The position numbers and the translations under genes are program-made. The notes under the pieces were generated by a model. The model was not told the DNA's origin. It ran no database searches and worked only from the letters and a program-made list of their open reading frames with translations. A stretch of DNA of 64,000 nucleotides from an uncultured Arcobacteraceae bacterium (GTDB lineage: Bacteria; Campylobacterota; Campylobacteria; Campylobacterales; Arcobacteraceae), in assembly GCA_964022095.1 (NCBI GenBank), contig CAXHZO010000008.1:18729-82728 (forward strand). The letters run 5' to 3'. Below, piece by piece: positions 50,502 through 59,942 of this stretch (within the stretch, counting starts at the first letter, position 1; each line of letters starts with the position of its first letter).

Positions 50502-51968
50502 ATGCTAAATAAGATATTTTTATTTTTACTTTTTAGTACTATTTTATTTGCAAATGTATCTTTAAAACTACCTCCTCATGCATTAATTAATGAACCTTAT
50601 AAGTTTATTATTGAAGCAAGTGGTGAAAGTATTAAGTTTCCTAAACTTTCAACTATAAATGGAAATATAGTTCAAGAGCTTTCATCTTCAAATTCTACAA
50701 ATATAATAAATTCTCAAATAACAAAAAAAATAAAAAAGACATTTGTTTTCACTCCTAGTAGTGATTTTATTTTTCCTTCATTAGAGTTTAAAATTGATGG
50801 AAAAACTTATAAGACAGATGAAAAAAAAGTTGAATTGAAAAAGCCAGAAAAAACTAAATCAGACTTATTTGATTTAGAAATAAAATTATCGAAAAATAGT
50901 GTTTATGTAGGTGAAAATATTATTTTAACTATTGTTTTTAAATATAAAAAAGATTTACAAATTGTAGATTTATCTTTCAATAAAACAGACTTTAAAGATT
51001 TTTGGTATAAACAACTAGACAAAAACAAAAACTATGAAGAATCGGGTTATATTGTTCAAGAGTTAAAGTTTTTAATGATTCCTTTAAAAAATGGTAATAT
51101 AAAAATCAATCCTTTAGGTATAACTGCACAAATAATGGATGTTAATAGCAGTCGAAGTTTTTCGCTTTTTTCAAGTGTTACAAAAGATATAAAAATTTTC
51201 TCAAATGAGTTAAATTTAGAGGTAAAACAACTTCCAAATAATGTAAAGTTAATTGGAGAGTTTGATATAAAATCTACAATTGATAAGCGTGATATAAAAA
51301 GAGGAGAAGCAGTTTCCTTTAAAATAAATATTTCAGGAATAGGCAATATTGAAGATGTCCCAGATATTAAATTAGATATAAAAGAAGCAACTATTTATGA
51401 AAATAAACCAAAGATAGTTACAAAAATTTTAAATGATGAAATATCAGGTTCTTATGAAAAAGTTTTCTCAATTATACCTAATGAGTCTATTAAAATACCA
51501 TCTATTAAGATAGAATATTTCAATAAAGAAAATAAAAAAATAAGTGCTTTGACAACACCTGAGTATAAGGTAACTTTACAAGAAAGTCAAAATAACTCAA
51601 ATTTAAATAAGAAGAACACTTTAGAAAAAAAGAGTTTCGAAAAAAATTCAAAAGAGATTACTTTAATTAAAGATGTTTCTTATTTCGAAAAAGGGTTGTA
51701 TTTCATTTTAGGTATTATTGTTACACTATTTATATTTGCTATTTATTATTACTTTACTAACAAAAAAAGAGAAAAACAGCAGTATAATACACCTTTATTA
51801 AATCGTATTAAAAATTCTAAAACAAAAGATGAATTACTAAAAATATTAGCTATTTATATAAATTTTGATAAACAGTTAGATGAACTTATCTTTAAATTAG
51901 AAAAAAGTAATGAAATAGAAGTTATAAAAAAACAAATAAAAGATAAAATAAAACAATTAAAATTATAA
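50502..51968 (+). CDS. BatD-like exported protein with C-terminal TM
   Basis: Signal peptide, repeated beta-rich units (VYVGE, GEAV..ISGIGNI), C-terminal TM. Confidence 0.7.
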   Translation: MLNKIFLFLLFSTILFANVSLKLPPHALINEPYKFIIEASGESIKFPKLSTINGNIVQELSSSNSTNIINSQITKKIKKTFVFTPSSDFIFPSLEFKIDGKTYKTDEKKVELKKPEKTKSDLFDLEIKLSKNSVYVGENIILTIVFKYKKDLQIVDLSFNKTDFKDFWYKQLDKNKNYEESGYIVQELKFLMIPLKNGNIKINPLGITAQIMDVNSSRSFSLFSSVTKDIKIFSNELNLEVKQLPNNVKLIGEFDIKSTIDKRDIKRGEAVSFKINISGIGNIEDVPDIKLDIKEATIYENKPKIVTKILNDEISGSYEKVFSIIPNESIKIPSIKIEYFNKENKKISALTTPEYKVTLQESQNNSNLNKKNTLEKKSFEKNSKEITLIKDVSYFEKGLYFILGIIVTLFIFAIYYYFTNKKREKQQYNTPLLNRIKNSKTKDELLKILAIYINFDKQLDELIFKLEKSNEIEVIKKQIKDKIKQLKL

Positions 51969-51978
51969 AGGTTTAAAA

Positions 51979-52692
51979 ATGATTAAAAAAAGTATATGGC
52001 TTTCTTTGCTTATTGCTTGTTTTGCATACTCAAGTGAATATTATTCGAAATTAATGCCCTATGAAAGTTATAGTATTAAATCAGCAGTATCAGGAAAAGT
52101 GATTTATGTAAATAGTAAAATAGAAGGTTCAACTGCAAAAAAATCAACTATAATAAAAATTGATTCTAAATTAAATGAAATAGAATTAAGTCAAAATAGA
52201 AAAAAGTTAGCAAGTTTAAACAGTATGATAAATATCGAAAAGCTAAATTATGAAAGATTAAATAAAGTCTCTTCTAAATCAAAATTTGAAAAAGATACAC
52301 AAAAATTAAAAGTTATTAATTATGAGAGTCAAAAAGCAGATTTAATTATAAGAATTGAATCTTTAAAAGATACTATCAAAAATAAAAAATTAGTTGAAAA
52401 CTCTAATTATATTTTTAATATAGCTGTAAAAGAGGGTGATTATGTTAATCCGGGAACTTTACTATATGAAGCAAAAGATTTATCAAAAGGTAAACTAGAA
52501 ATATATGTTCCAATTGAGAGTATAGAATCTATAAAAGATAAATCAATTTTTATTGATGGTGTTAAAAGTGATGTTAAGATAGATAAAATTTACGAAGTTG
52601 CAGATTCTACTCATATCTCTTCATATAAAGTAGAATTAGTTTTAAACAATGTAAATCAATTCTCAAGGTTAGTTAAAGTTGAATTCAAATAA
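51979..52692 (+). CDS. HlyD/membrane-fusion-like periplasmic adaptor
   Basis: Signal peptide, SAVSGKV and VKEGDYVNPGTLL lipoyl halves flanking a helical hairpin. Confidence 0.7.
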   Translation: MIKKSIWLSLLIACFAYSSEYYSKLMPYESYSIKSAVSGKVIYVNSKIEGSTAKKSTIIKIDSKLNEIELSQNRKKLASLNSMINIEKLNYERLNKVSSKSKFEKDTQKLKVINYESQKADLIIRIESLKDTIKNKKLVENSNYIFNIAVKEGDYVNPGTLLYEAKDLSKGKLEIYVPIESIESIKDKSIFIDGVKSDVKIDKIYEVADSTHISSYKVELVLNNVNQFSRLVKVEFK

Positions 52693-54385
52693 TAAAATCG
52701 CATGTCCAATGGACTGCTATGATACATGTCAAGGCACTTATACTGATGGCTTAGTAAAAGGTTCAAAGGATGATTCAATTACTAATGGCAAATTATGTGT
52801 TAATTTTGCTTCTTTATTAAAACAAGAGAATTTAAAATCTGCTAGTTTTGAAAATAAAAATATTTCATTGCATGACTCTTTAGAAATATTAGTTAATAAG
52901 CTAAAACAAACTGATGCTTCAAATACTCTGTTTTATAAAGGCAGTGGAAATTTAGGAGTAATGCAAAGTAGTGTTAAAAACTTCTTTTCTCAACATGGTA
53001 GTGTTCTTACAAAAGGAAGTTTATGTGATGGCGGTGGCGGCGCTGGAATTGAAGCTGGAAGAGGTAGTGTTCAAAACCCTCCAATACAAGATTTAATTGA
53101 TTCTGATGTTATTATAGTTTGGGGAAGAAACTTTACTGTTACTTCATCTCATATGTATAATTTAGTGAAAGATAAAACTTTTATTACTATTGATCCTATT
53201 AAAACTGACATTGCAAAGAAATCTGAATTACATTTACAAATAAATCCAAAAACAGATCATGAATTAGCTTTAATGCTAACGAGAGTTACGTATATGAATA
53301 ATTTAGATGATGAAGAGTATTTAGAAGAAAATACTGAAGGTCATGATTGGTTCTTTGACATATCTAAAAACAGACCATTGGTATCTTATGAAGTTACTAC
53401 TGGGGTTGAATTAAACGACATATATAAACTATTTGAAATTATTGAAAATAAAAAAGTATCAATAGTTTTAGGTTTAGGAGTTCAAAAATATTTTGAAGGT
53501 TCTCAAATAACTAGATGTATTGATTCCTTTGCAACATACCTTGGAATTCATAATCAACAAAGCGGTGGAGTTTGGTACTTAAGTGATTCTAATTATGGAT
53601 ATGAAAAGCAATTTTCATTTAAAGGCAAAAATAAAAAAGTGCCAATACCTACAGTTAATTTTGCTGATTATGACTTAGTCTTTATTCAAGGGGCAAATCC
53701 TGTTGTTACAGCACCAAATTCAAAGTTTGTAATAGAAGGCTTAAAAAATAGTTTTGTTGTTTATTTTGGAACTACAAATAATGATACTTGTGAGTATGCT
53801 GATTTAATAATACCATCAAGTGATTTTTTAAGTAAACAAGATGTTAGGTTATCATATGGGCATGAGTATATTGCTGTCTCGTCTAAAGTAAAGGAAGCTA
53901 AAGAAGGTAGTATTTCAGAGTATGACTTAGCTAAATTTTTAATTGATACATTTTCTTATAAAGCTTTAAAAGATGAAGATGAAGTAATAAAATATTATAC
54001 AGAACATAAAGTAGAGTATGAGAAGTTTGAAACATTTGAGTTTATTGAAGATGTAGAAATTGAACCTTTATATAAAAACAAAACTGATGATGATTTTTAT
54101 TTAATTACTGCAAAAAGTAAGAACTCGTTAAATTCTCAATTTAATATTGATAATAATGTTTATTTAAATAGTTCTACAAATTTTAAAGATGATGATAAAG
54201 TAAAGATAAGCTCAAGGTATGGTAGTGCTGAATTTAATGTAAAAATAAATGATGATATTAAAAGTAATTGTGCATTTTTCTTTTCAGGAAATAGGTTTGT
54301 AAATTATTTAACACCAAATAAAGATGATGAAGACTCTTTTTCTGCTATGTATCAAGAGGTCTTAATACAAATTGAATTATCTTGA
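52679..54385 (+). CDS. Molybdopterin-dependent oxidoreductase (short, no Tat signal)
   Basis: CPMDCYDTC...LC Fe-S motif, IVWGRN, ADLIIP, LNSQF. Confidence 0.8.
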   Translation: MNSNNKIACPMDCYDTCQGTYTDGLVKGSKDDSITNGKLCVNFASLLKQENLKSASFENKNISLHDSLEILVNKLKQTDASNTLFYKGSGNLGVMQSSVKNFFSQHGSVLTKGSLCDGGGGAGIEAGRGSVQNPPIQDLIDSDVIIVWGRNFTVTSSHMYNLVKDKTFITIDPIKTDIAKKSELHLQINPKTDHELALMLTRVTYMNNLDDEEYLEENTEGHDWFFDISKNRPLVSYEVTTGVELNDIYKLFEIIENKKVSIVLGLGVQKYFEGSQITRCIDSFATYLGIHNQQSGGVWYLSDSNYGYEKQFSFKGKNKKVPIPTVNFADYDLVFIQGANPVVTAPNSKFVIEGLKNSFVVYFGTTNNDTCEYADLIIPSSDFLSKQDVRLSYGHEYIAVSSKVKEAKEGSISEYDLAKFLIDTFSYKALKDEDEVIKYYTEHKVEYEKFETFEFIEDVEIEPLYKNKTDDDFYLITAKSKNSLNSQFNIDNNVYLNSSTNFKDDDKVKISSRYGSAEFNVKINDDIKSNCAFFFSGNRFVNYLTPNKDDEDSFSAMYQEVLIQIELS

Positions 54386-55553
54386 GTTATTTAGAACACA
54401 TAAAGTAATAAGAGATTTATCTTTAGTACAGCTAATAGCATACTTTGGTGCTTGGTTTTCTAATGTTGCTATTTACACACTGTTAGTACAATTAGGCTCA
54501 ACAGAGTTAGCAATATCAGTAGTTACTGCTATGCACTTTTTGCCAGCAGTTATAATAGCACCCTTATCTGGTGCGATTATAGATAGGTTTAAAATAAAAC
54601 CTTTAATGTTAACATTAATAGCTATAGAGTTAGTAATGACTTTACTTTTTTTAACCATAGATTCAAAAAATGAAATATGGCTTTTAATGATTTTTATTTT
54701 TATTAGAATGAGTGCTGCTTCAATGTTTTTTTCATCAGAAATGTCATTACTTGCAAAACTACTAAAAGGTCCAGCTTTACAAAAAGCAAATGAGTTACAT
54801 TCAATTATTTGGTCTTTTACTTATGCTGCGGGAATGGCAATTAGTGGTATAGTAGTTAATATAGTAGGTGTAAAAACTGCATTTATAATTGATTCTTTCT
54901 TTTTCATTTTTGCTTTTATATTCTTTACTACTATTAGTTTTGAAATTAAATCAAGTAATCATAGTGAAAAAATATCTAGTCTAATTAAAAATGGGTTTAT
55001 TTATTTGAAAAACAATAAAATTATAATGCATTTAATCATTCTTCATGCAAGTGTGGGCTTAACTACTTTTGATGCCCTAATTACACTGTTGGCAAAAAAC
55101 GAGTACAAATTTTTAATTGCAGTTCCCCTCTCAATTGGAATTTCAAATGCAATTAGAGCAGTTGCATTAATGATAGGCCCACTGATTTTGAGTAAATATG
55201 TAAATAAACATAATCTCCATTATTTATTATTTTTTCAAGGAATTGCTATTATATTATGGGCATTTGTTCAAGAAAGTTTTTATATGTCCTTATTTGCACT
55301 ATTTTTTGTTGGATTGTCTACAACTACCTTATGGTCAATAACATATGCATTAATTCAAGAAAAAACGCAAGAGAAATTTCTAGGTAGAATTATTGCATAC
55401 AATGACATGTTTTTTATGCTAGTGTGTACTTTGATTACATTATTTATAGGTTTAATGACAACTTTAGCAACACTAGATATAATTACCGCACTATTAGGTA
55501 TAGGTTTTGTTATATTTAGTTATTACTACAGTAGGATTTTAAAATGGATATGA
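54372..55553 (+). CDS. MFS transporter
   Basis: About 12 hydrophobic helices, GAIIDRF motif A. Confidence 0.88.
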   Translation: MNYLELFRTHKVIRDLSLVQLIAYFGAWFSNVAIYTLLVQLGSTELAISVVTAMHFLPAVIIAPLSGAIIDRFKIKPLMLTLIAIELVMTLLFLTIDSKNEIWLLMIFIFIRMSAASMFFSSEMSLLAKLLKGPALQKANELHSIIWSFTYAAGMAISGIVVNIVGVKTAFIIDSFFFIFAFIFFTTISFEIKSSNHSEKISSLIKNGFIYLKNNKIIMHLIILHASVGLTTFDALITLLAKNEYKFLIAVPLSIGISNAIRAVALMIGPLILSKYVNKHNLHYLLFFQGIAIILWAFVQESFYMSLFALFFVGLSTTTLWSITYALIQEKTQEKFLGRIIAYNDMFFMLVCTLITLFIGLMTTLATLDIITALLGIGFVIFSYYYSRILKWI

Positions 55554-55768
55554 ATGAAAAAGTTTTTTTACTTGCAGTTTTAAAAAAAGAGAGTGATGAA
55601 ACATTAGTAGATATTGTTGCCAAATTAGAAGCAAATGGATTGTTTTCTTTAAAAGATGGAAAAAAACTATTAAAGAAGTTAAAAAACGAACAATTTTTAA
55701 CAGATACTCACTTAACCTTAAAAGGTGAAGTTACAGCAAAAAGTGTAGAAAAAGAATTTAAAATCTAG
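55544..55768 (+). CDS. Small hypothetical protein (possible winged helix)
   Basis: 74 aa, overlaps the upstream gene; LTLKG motif. Confidence 0.55.
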   Translation: MDMNEKVFLLAVLKKESDETLVDIVAKLEANGLFSLKDGKKLLKKLKNEQFLTDTHLTLKGEVTAKSVEKEFKI

Positions 55769-55770
55769 TT

Positions 55771-57735
55771 ATGAAAATAACAAACTCCTTTAAACTGATA
55801 ATATCAGTACCAATACTGTTTATTATACTAACAGCATCATTTATTACCATTATTCACATTAAACAAGCAGACGATAAATTTGTTAGTGATTATGAGAAGC
55901 TAACTGCTAAATTAATAAAAGAAGAGAAGTCAAAAATTGATTCAATATTGGATTATATTAACTCTTATATTGTTTTTAAAAAAAGATCTTCAATAAATAT
56001 TTTAAAAAATAAAATTCAATCAAATGTTTTAATTGCAGATAAAATGTTAAATACAATATACAATAATAGTGTTGGAATTATTCCTCAAAGTAGCATGCAA
56101 ATTAATTTACTATCTTCTCTAGGAGAGGTAAATACCCGTGAAAACGGGAAATATTTTATTTATGGCATAAATGAAAGTAAAGTAAGTAATAAATCAGAAG
56201 CTTTAATAAATAATAATCTTTTTAATGAAATAAATGCTTTATTAAAAATAAAAAATGAAGGTTTTATCTCTTATATTGAAAAAACTAATGGTAAACTAGA
56301 AAAAAATATTGCTTATATAAAGAAATTTGAGTTCTCTAATTTTGTAATTGGATACAAAGAAAATTTAAAACATTATGAGCAAGAGACAAAAGAAGCTGTT
56401 TTAACCAGACTTGATTTAATGAAAGTAGAGGGATTAGTTTATACATTAAATGACAAGTTAAATATAATACAACACTCAAAAAATAAAGAACTAATAAATA
56501 AAAATATAAATGAACTAGAAGAAGATAAAAATATTTTATATTTACAAAAAGAGTATTTAAAATTTTCAAAATTAGATCTTGTTGAACATGAAAATAATAA
56601 ATACTATTGGAAAAAAGTTGATGAAAACAATTACAAGATAGTTTCGTTTCACTATATAAAGGATTGGGATTGGATAATTGCAATTGACAGAGATATCTTA
56701 GATATAAAAGATAATATAATTGAAATTATTGGAATACAGCAAAATCAAAGAGATGAAACAATAAGTGATTCTATAAAAACAGCACTACTGTTTATATTTA
56801 TAGCAAGTATAATTTCTTATTTTATATCAGATTATATAAATGAAATAATCAGAAGCTATAGAAGAAATATTGAGAAACAAAAAGTTGTGCTTAAACATTT
56901 AAATAGCTCACTAGAAGATAAAGTTGAAGAAAAAACTAAGATGCTTCAAGATTTAAACAATGAAATTATTGATAAATTTAAAATTGAAGTAAAAAAGAAT
57001 AAACAAAAAGATCAATTATTATCAGATCAATCTAAATTGGCAGTTATGGGTGAAATGATGGGTAATATTGCTCATCAATGGAGACAACCATTAAGTACTA
57101 TTACAACTATAGCAAGTGGAAATACAATAAAAATAGATTATGATATTCATGAAAAATCAGAGTTAAAACGTGATTTTGAAACAATTGTAGATACAGCTCA
57201 ATATTTATCTCATACTGTAGATGATTTTAGAAATTTCTTTATTGAAAACAAAAATATTGAAAAATTTGATTTAAGAGATATTATAGAAAGAGATTTATCT
57301 TTAATTGGCTCTTCTTTAATTAATAATCACATTAATATTGTAAAAAACTATAATAGTGTTGAAATTAGATCAATCAAAAATGAATTAACACAAGCTTTTT
57401 TAAATATATTAAATAACTCAAGAGATGCTATTTTATTAAATGAAAAATCAAATAGAATTATTGTTATTGATATCTATAATAACGATAAGGGTGCTATAAT
57501 TGAAATTAAAGATAGTGGTGGAGGTATTAAAGAGGAGTTGTTAAATAGAATCTTTGAACAATATTTTACTACTAAAGATAAACAAGCTGGTACTGGATTA
57601 GGTTTATATATGACCAAGCAGATTATAGAAGAGAACTTAAAAGGTAAACTTGATGTAAGAAATGAAGAGTTTGTAGATGATGATCAAATTCATTTTGGTG
57701 CTTGTTTCAAGATAACTTTACCTTTAAAGATTTAA
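55771..57735 (+). CDS. Membrane sensor histidine kinase with Cache-like sensor
   Basis: IAHQWRQPL H-box, NILNNSRDA, DSGGGI, GTGLGLY. Confidence 0.93.
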   Translation: MKITNSFKLIISVPILFIILTASFITIIHIKQADDKFVSDYEKLTAKLIKEEKSKIDSILDYINSYIVFKKRSSINILKNKIQSNVLIADKMLNTIYNNSVGIIPQSSMQINLLSSLGEVNTRENGKYFIYGINESKVSNKSEALINNNLFNEINALLKIKNEGFISYIEKTNGKLEKNIAYIKKFEFSNFVIGYKENLKHYEQETKEAVLTRLDLMKVEGLVYTLNDKLNIIQHSKNKELINKNINELEEDKNILYLQKEYLKFSKLDLVEHENNKYYWKKVDENNYKIVSFHYIKDWDWIIAIDRDILDIKDNIIEIIGIQQNQRDETISDSIKTALLFIFIASIISYFISDYINEIIRSYRRNIEKQKVVLKHLNSSLEDKVEEKTKMLQDLNNEIIDKFKIEVKKNKQKDQLLSDQSKLAVMGEMMGNIAHQWRQPLSTITTIASGNTIKIDYDIHEKSELKRDFETIVDTAQYLSHTVDDFRNFFIENKNIEKFDLRDIIERDLSLIGSSLINNHINIVKNYNSVEIRSIKNELTQAFLNILNNSRDAILLNEKSNRIIVIDIYNNDKGAIIEIKDSGGGIKEELLNRIFEQYFTTKDKQAGTGLGLYMTKQIIEENLKGKLDVRNEEFVDDDQIHFGACFKITLPLKI

Positions 57736-57844
57736 CTTTTAGAAACAAACTTTTAATTTACCTAAAAATTATAGAATAAAATTTTTTTACATACTTTTCT
57801 TTAGTTATAATCATATATAGTAAAAAGAAAAAAGAGGGTAAAAG

Positions 57845-58408
57845 ATGATTTTAGATTATAAAGAAGTTGACGATTTAAATAGATATAAGATTATGTCAGG
57901 AACTGTAATTCCAAGACCAATTGCTTGGATTGTAACTGAGGATAATGGAGTACTAAACTGTGCACCATTTTCATATTTTATTCCTATATCTTCGAATCCA
58001 GCTTTAGTATTAGTGGCTATTGGTCAAAAAGATGATGGTACTCCTAAAGATTCGCTAGCAAATATACTAAAAACTAAAAAAGCTACAATTTGTTTTGCAA
58101 AAAAAGAGCATGCTGAACTTGTTCAAAAATGTGCTACTCCATTAGGAAAAGATGAAAGTGAAGTTGAGAAGTTTGAAATAGATGTAAATACAGTGCTAGA
58201 TGATTTCCCTCCAATGATTGCAAGCTCTCAAAGTGCACTTTTTTGTGAGTATTATGATACTTATAAAATACCAGGTGTTACAACTCCAGTTATATTAGAA
58301 GTTAAAAAGCAGTTTATCGAAGATGACAAAATTAATGATAGAAATCATGTAAATATTGATAATATTGGTAGATGTGGAGTTAAGTTTAAAGGTTTAGTTG
58401 ATTTATAG
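57845..58408 (+). CDS. Flavin reductase-like FMN-binding protein
   Basis: VIPRPIAWIVT, NCAPFSYF, KDSLANI. Confidence 0.85.
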   Translation: MILDYKEVDDLNRYKIMSGTVIPRPIAWIVTEDNGVLNCAPFSYFIPISSNPALVLVAIGQKDDGTPKDSLANILKTKKATICFAKKEHAELVQKCATPLGKDESEVEKFEIDVNTVLDDFPPMIASSQSALFCEYYDTYKIPGVTTPVILEVKKQFIEDDKINDRNHVNIDNIGRCGVKFKGLVDL

Positions 58409-58409
58409 A

Positions 58410-58438
58410 AATTAAAAGGAGAGATTCTCCTTTTAATT
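58410..58438. terminator. Bidirectional terminator between convergent genes
   Basis: AATTAAAAGGAGA-gat-TCTCCTTTTAATT perfect inverted repeat. Confidence 0.85.
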
Positions 58439-58446
58439 GAAGTAAA

Positions 58447-58884
58447 TTATACTTCTGTATTTCCACAGTGTCCACATTTTTTAGCTGCAATTGGAATTTC
58501 CATTGCACATTCTGAACATACTTTAGTAGTTGGTTCTGCTGGAGTTTCTTCTTCTTTTTTCTTCATTTTATTGTAAGACTTAATAAACATAAACATTACA
58601 AAACCTAAGATAACAAAAGAGATTGTATCATTTAAAAATAATCCAATCTTAATTGCAGGAGCGCCAGCTTTATCTAACGCAGCCATTGTTTCATAAACTT
58701 TTCCATCAAGTGCAATAAATAATTGAGAAAAATCAACATTTCCTAATAACATTCCAACAGGAGGCATAATTACATTAGCTACTAGCGATTTCACAAGTGT
58801 AGCAAAAGCTGCACCAAAGATAAAACCAATGGCCATATCAATCATGTTTCCTTTAACTAGAAACTCTTTAAATTCTTTAAGCAT
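58447..58884 (-). CDS. mscL: Large-conductance mechanosensitive channel with C-terminal zinc ribbon
   Basis: MLKEFKEFLVKGNMIDMAIG; tail CSEC-x10-CGHC. Confidence 0.93.
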   Translation of the reverse strand: MLKEFKEFLVKGNMIDMAIGFIFGAAFATLVKSLVANVIMPPVGMLLGNVDFSQLFIALDGKVYETMAALDKAGAPAIKIGLFLNDTISFVILGFVMFMFIKSYNKMKKKEEETPAEPTTKVCSECAMEIPIAAKKCGHCGNTEV

Positions 58885-58952
58885 TTTAACCCTTTGAATA
58901 ATTTTTTCAATTATATTACAATAAGGTAGTAAAATAACTTAAGTTATTATGC

Positions 58953-59786
58953 TTACTTTACAAATTGATGTAGTTTAGAACATTTACTTAAAAAAGTATC
59001 CATCCCACACATATCATTATACATATCATCAAATGAATGGAAATGAGCATCGTAAATATATACAAAAATTTCATCATCTTTTTGTAAAAAGTTTTTCTTA
59101 CCAAAATCTGCATATGCTGTAGCACCTGCAGCTATTAATATACCTTTTGCATCTTTTGCATATTTTGTAAATTGAGTTAGTTCTTCAAGTGGCCCACAAT
59201 CTTCTTGTGTATTAAGTTTTTCTATCATCCAATCTTTTAATTGTTTGAAGAAGTAGCTATATGAATTTACAGCACTAATTGTTCCATAGTCATGAACTAT
59301 TCCATCTCTTTTAATAAAAGAGGCAATATGGTATCTATTTAATATTCCATCTTCTGTAAAGTCATCAATTTCAATAATATCTCTTGAGATACCTTTTGTA
59401 TTCTCTCCCCAGTTTTTTTTTGTACTTAATTTATTTCCATCTTGAATTCTTATTGAACAGTCATTAAATGCTGAAAAATATTTAGGGATAATGTCTTTGA
59501 CTTTTCCATCTTCATATACAAAGTCACATATTAAGGCTACTTCTGCTTCAACTTGTAAGTTTTCATTTTCTCTACCATGAGTTAAAATTACTTCATCACA
59601 AATTGGATAAGTACCTAAAAAGCTATCGTGGCCTTTTATATAAAAAGGAAACATTCCTTTTGGAGCGTCTTTTTCTTCTGTTTGAATTACTGAAAATTCA
59701 TCTGCTTCACCAGCTTCTCCTAGGTGATTAGCAAAGTTTCCAGCTACTCCAAATCCTAAGTAGTCTTTTAAATCTTCTAATAACAT
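58953..59786 (-). CDS. DUF5718-like protein with fumarylacetoacetate-hydrolase-like motifs
   Basis: GNFANH..E, EAEVAL, AFNDCSIR, KKNW. Confidence 0.6.
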   Translation of the reverse strand: MLLEDLKDYLGFGVAGNFANHLGEAGEADEFSVIQTEEKDAPKGMFPFYIKGHDSFLGTYPICDEVILTHGRENENLQVEAEVALICDFVYEDGKVKDIIPKYFSAFNDCSIRIQDGNKLSTKKNWGENTKGISRDIIEIDDFTEDGILNRYHIASFIKRDGIVHDYGTISAVNSYSYFFKQLKDWMIEKLNTQEDCGPLEELTQFTKYAKDAKGILIAAGATAYADFGKKNFLQKDDEIFVYIYDAHFHSFDDMYNDMCGMDTFLSKCSKLHQFVK

Positions 59787-59906
59787 TATTTTTTCCCTAT
59801 TTTTGTATTAAAATCGTAGATTATCATTATTTATGTGTAGTTATTGTCAAAAAAGAAATCTAGTTGATTGAGCTAAGAATTATTTTAGTTTTGATAGTTT
59901 ATTGGG

Positions 59907-59932
59907 TTACAAAAGGTATAAACCTTTTGTAA
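59907..59932 (-). terminator. Terminator-like hairpin after the fumarase gene
   Basis: TTACAAAAGGT-ataa-ACCTTTTGTAA inverted repeat 10 bp past the stop. Confidence 0.65.
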
Positions 59933-59942
59933 TTTTACTAAA

